19,179 nucleotides of DNA, taken from NCBI GenBank assembly GCA_004524535.1, contig SDNY01000070.1, positions 1 through 19,179 on the forward strand, read 5' to 3'. Made by a program: the position numbers and the translations under genes. The first letter of the stretch is position 1. Each line of letters opens with the position of its first letter. This document shows, in pieces, positions 6,870 to 14,605 of the stretch. The DNA is from Promethearchaeota archaeon. Its GTDB lineage: Archaea > Asgardarchaeota > Lokiarchaeia > Sigyniarchaeales > SOKP01. The notes under the pieces were generated by a model. That model was not told the origin of the DNA, made no database searches, and worked only from the letters and a program-made list of their open reading frames with translations.

Positions 6870-7856
6870 TCATATACTTAATTTTTTTTGTTTTTTATAC
6901 ATAAATATATCTTCTAAAAAATCATAAATTTCATAAACAATCGCAAATCTATTTCTCGAAATTAGGAAATCTATAAATTTCCTTATGTAATTTAAAGCAA
7001 CTTGAAAGTTTTCAAATTCATTTAATTTAGCAAAAATATATCTAATAATTATAATAATCCATGAAAATTCTCCAATATCATTTAAATAATATATTAATTC
7101 CTCCAAATCACTTAAAGTATATTTAAAATTCAGTTTGTTTACCGTTATTTTTCTCATATCGGCGAAGTCTTCCTTTAAAAAAGCTGGTATACGATTGGCT
7201 AAAATTTTATTAACAATTTGAACGAATTTTGGGGAATCTTCAATAATCTGATTTTTAATATTAATATTTTCCAAGAAAACGAATAATAATAAAGCTTTTT
7301 TGCTTGGTTCTAGTTTATAGACGATTTCCCCTAGAAATTTTAGACTAAAATTAAATAATTCTGAAGGAAATACTGTTTTTCTTAAATAAGTTAATAAGAT
7401 TTGTAATTCGATGAGTGTGAGATAATTTTCTTGATCTTTAACTTTTATACAAAATGAATTAATAAATTTAGTGATTCCTTCTACATTTACATTATCTGCT
7501 TTTATGAAAGTTTTTAAAAGTTCTGTCCAAAAATTATTGAATAAATCAAACTCGTCTAATTGCGATAGAAAGGAAAAAAATCGTTTATACGCATCAATTA
7601 ATCTAATGATATCAATCCTCTCTTTTTGTTTAGTTAGAGAATTTAAATATATCCACCATGAATTTGTAATTACCATTATTAATTGCCGTTTTTTCTGGGG
7701 TAGTATCCAATCTGTCTTTTCAATTTCAAAATATAGATTATTAAATAATCTACTTGCCCATTGATGATTAGCATTTTGTAGTAATTGCCTTCCTTGAAGG
7801 ATTTTATCTTGGAAGTCCTTTAAAAATTGGTTTTTATCATCAATACTAAATGTCAT
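6870..7856 (-). CDS. Hypothetical all-alpha (solenoid-like) protein downstream of the actin-related gene; possibly 3'-truncated
   Basis: 328-aa ORF of amphipathic helices starting 18 nt after the actin stop. The last codons (KKQKKLSI) are read from the opposite-strand T-tract. Confidence 0.8.
   Translation of the reverse strand: MTFSIDDKNQFLKDFQDKILQGRQLLQNANHQWASRLFNNLYFEIEKTDWILPQKKRQLIMVITNSWWIYLNSLTKQKERIDIIRLIDAYKRFFSFLSQLDEFDLFNNFWTELLKTFIKADNVNVEGITKFINSFCIKVKDQENYLTLIELQILLTYLRKTVFPSELFNFSLKFLGEIVYKLEPSKKALLLFVFLENINIKNQIIEDSPKFVQIVNKILANRIPAFLKEDFADMRKITVNKLNFKYTLSDLEELIYYLNDIGEFSWIIIIIRYIFAKLNEFENFQVALNYIRKFIDFLISRNRFAIVYEIYDFLEDIFMYKKQKKLSI
6882..6896 (+). terminator. Oligo-T archaeal-type terminator ending the island transcript
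   Basis: T8-G-T6 just after the last + strand stop codon. Confidence 0.4.
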
Positions 7857-7874
7857 TCGGGATTATCACCATAA

Positions 7875-9020
7875 TTAACCTTTATATTCAGGATTCGGTT
7901 TCCACTCTGGCAATTTATTTTTTGAGTATAAAATCGATGCACCAATCCAAGAGATATTTTCCCGACCAGAAGGAGCAATAATATTTAAATTACCTCTAAT
8001 TTTCTCAGAAAAATGTTTAGTCAATTCAAATTTTAATCTTTCTTTTAATCCGGGGATTAAGCTTCCTCCCCCTGCTAAGATAATATGTGGTATAATTTCT
8101 TCCCAATCCTCTCTATTCCATGACTTAATTACTTTTACTATTGCTTCTGGAATTCCAAAATAATCTATGTGAATCAATCTTGGATTAAATAGAGGTTCTG
8201 ATAACATAAATCGCTCTGCATCTATTTTTAGATTTGAACCATCTGGAAAATTAATTTCTTGGTCATAATTTGTAAGCCCTTCTTTTATATTCTTCTTTTC
8301 CTCTTCAGGATTTAAAACAATTAGAGCAGTTTTCTCTTTAATTTCTTTTGCAAGCCATTTATCAAGATAATATTTTTTACTCGAACTTTTATTGGTCAAA
8401 ACCATATTTAAAAAATGGTTAGTTAAATCTTTGCCTGAAATGGGAAAGAGGTCTCTTGCCATTATGTTAGTAAATCCATGAAAAATTGTGGAGATATAAG
8501 TATGGAAATCCCCTATATTAATGATAACTCCAGTTTCTTTTTGTAACGCTTGCATAATTGCTTGACTTTCAGATAGAAACAATAAATAAGGAAAGTTAAA
8601 ATCTTGAAAAAAAATTTGTTCTAATTTAGTTTTCTCCAATTCCGTGGTAAAAAAAGGAGTTATTATTATAATTGGTTGTTTAAATTGATTTTCAGGTAAG
8701 ATGTCTAATTTTTGATAATAATGATGGAAAAACTTTGATAAAATATAATAATTATTTTCTTTCTTGAACTCATGAATTTTTAAAATATTTTGATATTTTA
8801 ATGCATCTATTCCATATAAATGTCTTTCAGTATTTTTTCCAAAAAAAAGATCCTCAAGGCCATCAATTACATCTGATTCAAATATATTATCTGTAGCATC
8901 CACATAAACGCTAGGTGCAATAATTTCTGGCAAATCACTGCCAGCCCATCCTAAACGAAAATTACAATTCCCAATATCTAAAATCAATGGTCTTAATTGT
9001 TTGTTATCAACTGTTAACAT
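7875..9020 (-). CDS. Divergent actin-family (actin-related) protein
   Basis: Phosphate-1 'LILDIGNCNFRLGWAGSDLPEIIAPS', phosphate-2 'TGVIINIGD', 'SGKDLT', 'EIKEK', 'FPDG...ERFMLSEPLFNP', adenosine 'IILAGGGSLIPGLKERL' and 'SWIGASIL'. 381 aa, collinear with eukaryotic actin. Confidence 0.95.
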   Translation of the reverse strand: MLTVDNKQLRPLILDIGNCNFRLGWAGSDLPEIIAPSVYVDATDNIFESDVIDGLEDLFFGKNTERHLYGIDALKYQNILKIHEFKKENNYYILSKFFHHYYQKLDILPENQFKQPIIIITPFFTTELEKTKLEQIFFQDFNFPYLLFLSESQAIMQALQKETGVIINIGDFHTYISTIFHGFTNIMARDLFPISGKDLTNHFLNMVLTNKSSSKKYYLDKWLAKEIKEKTALIVLNPEEEKKNIKEGLTNYDQEINFPDGSNLKIDAERFMLSEPLFNPRLIHIDYFGIPEAIVKVIKSWNREDWEEIIPHIILAGGGSLIPGLKERLKFELTKHFSEKIRGNLNIIAPSGRENISWIGASILYSKNKLPEWKPNPEYKG

Positions 9021-9052
9021 ATTAAATGAGATTTTTTATTGAATTAATTAAT

Positions 9053-9757
9053 TTATACCAAAGAAATATATTCATCTGTGAATTTTTTCAATTGATATTC
9101 CTTAACTTGTAATTCGAGCAATCCTAAAACTTTTTTAAATTCTCCCGACAAAGTTTCTATATTTACTCCAGAAATCTTCTCAATTTCGTCTCTCTTTATT
9201 TTAAATTGATCTAAATTCAATTGTATTTTTTCAAACTGATTATTTATTGAAGTTATTAAATCCTCTGTATTTTTCTTCGTGAATTTTCGCATCTTTCTTA
9301 AAATGGCTAAAATATTACCTGTGCTTTCTTCCCATCGATTATATCTCTCTAAATTACCTTCCATATATTCTTCTAAAAATTCCTCTAATTTCTTATAAAT
9401 AGTTTCCTTGACTGTGGCAGCAACCACGGTTTCTTGAACAGCAGGAGCTTTAGTTTCTTTTCCTTTAGATTTAGGGATATCTTCCTCAAGATAATCTTCA
9501 GAACTTTCGTTTTTTCTCTCATAAATTAATTGCGGTTCAATTATTTCTTTTTCTTTTGGTTCAGGATCATACCAGCTTACCTCAGAAACTTTATGTAATA
9601 ATCCTTGTAAATCTGTTTGAGTTTCCTTAGTAGAGCTTAAAGCAGAGCTCAATGCAGAATCTAAAGATAACTCCATTTCGGGCATTTCCTCAATCTTAGT
9701 AGTAGCTTCTTTAGGACTTTTTTCTGTTTTCTTTTTCTTTTTTTTACCTTTAGCCAT
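9053..9757 (-). CDS. Hypothetical protein with Lys-rich disordered N-terminus and C-terminal coiled coil
   Basis: 234 aa; heptad-like C-terminal half (LITSINNQFEKIQLNLDQFKIKRDEIEKI); ends 32 nt before the actin-related gene. Confidence 0.8.
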   Translation of the reverse strand: MAKGKKKKKKTEKSPKEATTKIEEMPEMELSLDSALSSALSSTKETQTDLQGLLHKVSEVSWYDPEPKEKEIIEPQLIYERKNESSEDYLEEDIPKSKGKETKAPAVQETVVAATVKETIYKKLEEFLEEYMEGNLERYNRWEESTGNILAILRKMRKFTKKNTEDLITSINNQFEKIQLNLDQFKIKRDEIEKISGVNIETLSGEFKKVLGLLELQVKEYQLKKFTDEYISLV

Positions 9758-9917
9758 TACAAAACAAGCTCTTTTTACTATTTAATCTATTAATAGTACA
9801 ATTATATTATAAATCTATTTTATTTTATGATATTATAAATCTTGATTAGGAATCTTTTTCCTAATAATTCTATATTTTTTAACAAATTCAGTTATTTTAT
9901 TTTATTAATTAATTCTT

Positions 9918-10322
9918 TCATTCTAATGGAATTATCTCTACTTTAATCGCGTCTCCTTCATGTTTTAGAATTTCTTTAAGCTCATCTAAGTCCAATTCTT
10001 TAGGTCTCGGACCTATTACTGTCCATATTGCAGTCTTATCTCTCTCTATTGTTACAGATTCACCATAAACTAAGGAGATCCCGTGATTTCCAAAAGTTGT
10101 AGCTATTTTGGCTAACGATCCCGCCTCATCCTTCATTAAAATTCTAAATTTAAGAGAATCCCCTTTAATTCCAACCGGGGATATTTTAATCTCTTGAGTC
10201 TCTGAATCCGCAATCAACATTAACTGGGAGTTCTCTCTGAGTCCTAATAGTTTTCTGACACTCATGGGTATTACTATTCTTCCTCGATTATCGATCGTTA
10301 TCGGAAATTTTACTTCTTTCAT
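9918..10322 (-). CDS. AbrB/MazE/SpoVT-type DNA-binding domain fused to an ACT domain
   Basis: 'ITIDNRGRIVIPMSVRKLLGL' (AbrB) and 'MKDEAGSLAKIATTFGNHGISL' (ACT). Confidence 0.9.
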   Translation of the reverse strand: MKEVKFPITIDNRGRIVIPMSVRKLLGLRENSQLMLIADSETQEIKISPVGIKGDSLKFRILMKDEAGSLAKIATTFGNHGISLVYGESVTIERDKTAIWTVIGPRPKELDLDELKEILKHEGDAIKVEIIPLE

Positions 10323-10491
10323 TTTTTAATGCTTAAAATTTTTTCTAATAATTATTAAAACTATAAAATATATAAACTAATTCTATAAACGAGAAAATAA
10401 TTTAAATGACTCAAAATGCTTTTTCAATAAAGTAAACTTATTATTGAAACTCTAAAAATAATACTATTTGAGATATTAAATAATCAAATAG

Positions 10492-12792
10492 TTATTCTTT
10501 ATGAGACTTTAATTTTACTGTAAGATCTCTTGCTCGCTTAGAATACCACACCAATAAATCCCCTGCATCTTCTGGCTTAAAATACTCGCCACCGCATAGA
10601 GCAGCAGCACGAGCCATAAGTTCATCATTTGGGTTCCCCAAACCGACTATATAAATGACAACATTCATATTCTCAGAGAATTTTTTAACAGATTCGAAGA
10701 AGGCATCTCCATCTGTAGGCTCCCCATCGGTAAGGAGGACAATCATGGTTGGCTGGTTCGGGCTTATGCGCTCAAATTCAGTAAGCACATAATGAGCCTG
10801 TTCCATAGATTTCCCCATCGCGGTTGCTTGGCCATAGCTATTTCCTATACGATCAACAATCATTCTCGCAGCCTCCTCTAAAATTCCTTTTTTACCACTT
10901 GCGGAATCCATGTAAAAACCACCTCCAAAAGGCAGTATTTGAGCTTCATCAGCAAATCGAATAACAGAAACTTTTTCTCCAAAACCACGACCCACTTTTT
11001 CACTTAGAAATAGAACTGCTGCGAACGCTGCTGAGATCCTTCGTGGAATATTAATCCCATCCTTGAAGTTTTTCAAAAATTCTTGAATTTCTCTGGATTC
11101 CATTGCTGCTTTAATACCTTCTATAGCAGGGGCTATGTTCGTGACAAGCACATCTCTTGCCATCATGCTTCGGCTTATATCAATTATCAAAATAGCGTTA
11201 AATGGTATCAAACCAGTTGGTGAAAGGGATAATGTGGTATTTGGCGTAATTTGAGCTAAAATATCACCTGTTAAGTCTGGAACACAACTAATAATGGAAC
11301 AAGCAATATTTACAGCAGTCCATCTTAATTTAATTCCCTTGAAAATTATATAGTTTGAAAGCCAATCTTTTAAAGCTACTACGCTATCTCTTGCACTACT
11401 TATAATTTCCCACATGTTTTCACCAGAAATCGGTGAAACACCTAAAGAAACACTTTGTAAAGGAATTATTTGCCTTTGATTTTTTGATAATTTTATTTCA
11501 TAGCTTCCAATTCCAGAAGCTTCTAAAATTTCGCTATCTATTATAACTACATTGTCAGGGACAGTCTCTACAATAGTCACCTTACCCGCTCCAATCGCTC
11601 CAGTTAGCTCATCTTCAAATGCTACAACATCATTATTTTGAATTGAAATAGTATGTTGAGTTCTTGGACTTACTTGGCAATAACCATTTAAGTTTGGTTG
11701 TGACTGAACTTCTAATACTATTTCGGAAGCTTTTTGTATTGGTGGTTCCGTAGAATAGACTACGATTTGTTCGGCATGAATATTTGTATCTTCTTTCGTA
11801 TCTTTACTCATTTTTATCTCTGTATAGCCAATTTGTGCTTGAGTTATTCTCGCTGAACCCATTGCTCTCGTTAAAGGATCTTCCCATGCTATTAACATTC
11901 CGTGTCCAAGGCCTAATTGTTGTAAAACATCATAACTTAGTTGTACTCGCCCTCCTTCTAAGTTTTCATCTACAACTGGGGTTAGAATTATACCATTTTT
12001 CTGACTGCTCAGCATATTTATATCAATTCTATTAGGATAGGGATCTACCGTTTCCATTGGAGCAATAGTTCCTTGCGCCGGTGTTGGTTGAGATATTGAG
12101 GATTGTTGGGTATAAGAAGAAGGAGGAGCACTCATTTGAGGTGCTGGTGTTGGCTGTGGTGCTGGTGTTAATTGTGGTGCTGGTGTTAATTGTGGTGCTG
12201 GTGTTGGTTGTGGTGCTGGTGTTAATTGTGGTGCTGGTGTTAATTGTGGTGCTGGTGTTGGTTGTGGTGCTGGTTTTAATTGTGGAGTTGTTGCAGGCTG
12301 AGGAGCTGGAGTAGGTTGAGGCATTGTTGCAGGCTGAGGAGCTGGAGTTGGTTGAGGTATTGTTGCAGGCTGAGGAGCTGGAGTAAGTTGAGGAGTTGGG
12401 GTAAGTTGAGGAGTTGGAGTAGGCTGAGGAGTAGGGGTAGTCTGAGATCCAACGCCAGGTAAATGGGCTTGTGGTGCCTGAAGTGTCTGCTGAGCTGGTG
12501 TAGCTGGTTGTGGTGCTTGCGAAGCGAATGGAGTAGTTATACTTGGTTTCACAATTATTTCTATTCCGTTAAATTCTATTTTATCAATAATATTTTTAGA
12601 AATTTGCCCCGCGAAATCTAGGGCATTATCGGAAACCTCAGCAATAGCAATAGCACTTTTTCCATTATCCGGATTTAATATTTCCAATGAATCACCATTC
12701 GAAATACCTAATTTGGTAGCATTAGTTTGATTTATAATGGCACGATCTGCTGTGTCCTCTTTAATATCAACAAAAATTTTTATTTCTGGCAT
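10492..12792 (-). CDS. vWA-domain protein with repeated Cdc48-N-like beta-barrel modules and a Pro/Gln/Thr-rich linker
   Basis: C-terminal MIDAS: DISRS, T in GQATAMG, D in LLTDG. Three similar modules (A.KLGISNGDSLEILNP; LQQLGLGHGMLIAWEDP; HTISIQNNDVVAFEDE) resemble double-psi beta-barrels. Confidence 0.85.
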   Translation of the reverse strand: MPEIKIFVDIKEDTADRAIINQTNATKLGISNGDSLEILNPDNGKSAIAIAEVSDNALDFAGQISKNIIDKIEFNGIEIIVKPSITTPFASQAPQPATPAQQTLQAPQAHLPGVGSQTTPTPQPTPTPQLTPTPQLTPAPQPATIPQPTPAPQPATMPQPTPAPQPATTPQLKPAPQPTPAPQLTPAPQLTPAPQPTPAPQLTPAPQLTPAPQPTPAPQMSAPPSSYTQQSSISQPTPAQGTIAPMETVDPYPNRIDINMLSSQKNGIILTPVVDENLEGGRVQLSYDVLQQLGLGHGMLIAWEDPLTRAMGSARITQAQIGYTEIKMSKDTKEDTNIHAEQIVVYSTEPPIQKASEIVLEVQSQPNLNGYCQVSPRTQHTISIQNNDVVAFEDELTGAIGAGKVTIVETVPDNVVIIDSEILEASGIGSYEIKLSKNQRQIIPLQSVSLGVSPISGENMWEIISSARDSVVALKDWLSNYIIFKGIKLRWTAVNIACSIISCVPDLTGDILAQITPNTTLSLSPTGLIPFNAILIIDISRSMMARDVLVTNIAPAIEGIKAAMESREIQEFLKNFKDGINIPRRISAAFAAVLFLSEKVGRGFGEKVSVIRFADEAQILPFGGGFYMDSASGKKGILEEAARMIVDRIGNSYGQATAMGKSMEQAHYVLTEFERISPNQPTMIVLLTDGEPTDGDAFFESVKKFSENMNVVIYIVGLGNPNDELMARAAALCGGEYFKPEDAGDLLVWYSKRARDLTVKLKSHKE
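12142..12429 (-). repeat. In-frame 18-bp tandem repeat, 16 units encoding PQ[PL][TA][PT]x
   Basis: Directly visible, e.g. (tgtggtgctggtgttaat)n on the + strand, with higher-order 36-bp and 54-bp periodicities. Confidence 0.95.
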
Positions 12793-13023
12793 TATTATTC
12801 AACTAGTTTCTTTTTTTCTGTAAAAGTTAAGTTACTAATAATTTTTAAAAGAAACATCTATAATTAAATTTTGATATTGTTTTTAAAAATTAATATATTG
12901 TAAATAGGATTTAAATTTTTAAATAATTTTAGTTGGTTTAAATTTATCTTGAATTTTAAAAAATTGCTAATTCTTCTTAGCCATCTCAGATAATCGATTT
13001 TGACGAGGAGGCTATAGTTATTG

Positions 13024-13442
13024 CTATAAAGGGGGATAGCGTTTACCTATCTCAGACGAATAGTAACGGAAAACGGTGACAACTTTCCCAAGATCCTGAA
13101 TTTTTCGGGATGCTCCCATAAGAAAAAAGCGACCGGCAGCGCTGAGTATAATGAATGCGTCTTCTCCTCTTAATACGACTTCTAGCATATTGTGAAAACC
13201 CAGTGTATCAATAGCATCTGAACCACTCTTCATGACAACGGCGCTTAAACTTGAAAATAAATCTGGGTCAACCTCATAGCTTGGAATGCAGCTAAAGGCC
13301 AATTGTAGCCCCTCCGTAGTCACTAGTGCGAGTGCTTCTAGTTCTGTATGTTCCGGTATATTGGCATATGTCAATATAATTCCGTTATGTTCCCCAAGAA
13401 GCTTGATAGACTTGTGGCCTCGTCGGGCGTTAAACTAACCAT
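13024..13442 (-). CDS. Roadblock/LC7 (MglB-like) protein, split by a 29-nt insert; join(13380..13442,13024..13350), 129 aa
   Basis: 'LEALALVTTEGL...DPDLFSSLSAVV...LG...LEVVLRGEDAFIILSAAGRFFLM...DLG' is a Roadblock pattern. The missing first helix (MVSLTPDEATSLSSFLGNITE) is encoded from ATG 13442 in another frame. Confidence 0.85.
13351..13379 (-). other. Candidate 29-nt BHB-like (relaxed) intron in the Roadblock gene
   Basis: mRNA ACGG|AA^U|UAUAUUG-ACAUAUGC-CAAUAUA|CCGG|AA^C. Cutting after the 2nd nt of each 3-nt bulge removes 29 nt, deletes an in-frame TGA and fuses the two frames. Confidence 0.6.
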
Positions 13443-13554
13443 ATCAATCTTTTTTTTTTGTTTTTCATAATTGGTTTATATTAATAATATTATGAGTTTT
13501 AAACTTAAAAATGTATAGTTCTAAATGGAGTATTAATCATTAAATAGGAAACCA

Positions 13555-14430
13555 CTACTTTTTATTTCCGAGTTGTATTTTTATTTGATCTTTGAGAATT
13601 TGCTTTTTATCTTTATATTCTACCGGCTTTTTTCCTCCTGCACTCTTAGAAGCTTTTAAAAATTCAATTGCAACAACTTTTCCATTTTCTGAGAGCACTC
13701 GTGGAGAATAACCTTCCGCAAAGAAAACTCCTTCTGGGATTGATCCTACTTCTTCAATTTTTTTCTCAATCTGTTTTTCTCCTAAGAAAGTTGTAACTTT
13801 CTCGACAACAGAGTAAGCGTGGTTTCCGATTATTATTAATTCTCTTTCATAACCATCGGGAATTTGTATTTCATCTAATTTTTGAATAATTTGATCAAAC
13901 TTAATTGTCGGTTCTTCTTGGGTATAACTTTGCATTGATTCTTTTCCGGTGTATAAAGGACCTGTATTTTGACCCATGCGTTGTGTACTTCCAGCAATAT
14001 TCATTCCTTGGGCGGGTTCTGGTGGGTCAAATATGGGTTTTTCCCTTAATGGATGACCTCCTCCAGCTGAACCTCCGGCTGGTGCTCCAGCCGCTGCTTT
14101 TTCTTCTTTAATTTCTTTTGCAATACCCGCTTCGGTTTTACCACCAATCAAATTTAGAAAATCATCAGTTTCCTCGCTTTCATCAAGTGGTACAACTGCA
14201 TAATGCATTCCAACCTGACCTCGAATTTCTTGACTTCTTTTCGCTCCTATAAATTTCGATCTTACAGAACTGGCAATTCCCTTCCATAGAAATACTTTTC
14301 GTATATCATCAGCTACAATAACATAACATTCATCTGTTTTAAGGATATCCTTAACGGCTCCATCTGATGTTAGTTCTGTTGTCGTACCATCTGGATTGAT
14401 TAAAAACACCTGTAAACCCAATTTCCTCAA
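13555..14430 (-). CDS. Single gelsolin-domain protein with linker and C-terminal domain of unknown function
   Basis: 'ILKTDECYVIV...KVFLWKGIASSVRSKFIGAKRSQEI...LDESEETDDFLNL' is a gelsolin-repeat signature. A Gly/Pro/Ala linker and a second globular domain follow. Confidence 0.85.
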   Translation of the reverse strand: MRKLGLQVFLINPDGTTTELTSDGAVKDILKTDECYVIVADDIRKVFLWKGIASSVRSKFIGAKRSQEIRGQVGMHYAVVPLDESEETDDFLNLIGGKTEAGIAKEIKEEKAAAGAPAGGSAGGGHPLREKPIFDPPEPAQGMNIAGSTQRMGQNTGPLYTGKESMQSYTQEEPTIKFDQIIQKLDEIQIPDGYERELIIIGNHAYSVVEKVTTFLGEKQIEKKIEEVGSIPEGVFFAEGYSPRVLSENGKVVAIEFLKASKSAGGKKPVEYKDKKQILKDQIKIQLGNKK

Positions 14431-14605
14431 CTCTTTATTTATGTCTGATATTATTTTAAATATTTTATTTTCTTATATCTAATATATATTTAAAAAAATT
14501 ATTTTGTTATCTATATAATATATTATATCCTTATAAAATTTTTAATAATGTTTGTAATTTTTCTTTTCTTGAACGAACAAGCAGATTGATTTTTATTTTT
14601 TATTT

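Noticed and set aside
9918-10322. MazE-type antitoxin of a toxin-antitoxin pair
   Set aside because: It is fused to an ACT domain and has no adjacent toxin gene, so a ligand-sensing regulator is more likely.
12142-12429. CRISPR array
   Set aside because: The repeats are contiguous, in-frame and coding, with no unique spacers and no cas genes.
13371-13373. In-frame TGA in the Roadblock 5' ORF read as selenocysteine
   Set aside because: Read-through gives HMPIYRNIQN then TAG and never enters the Roadblock frame.
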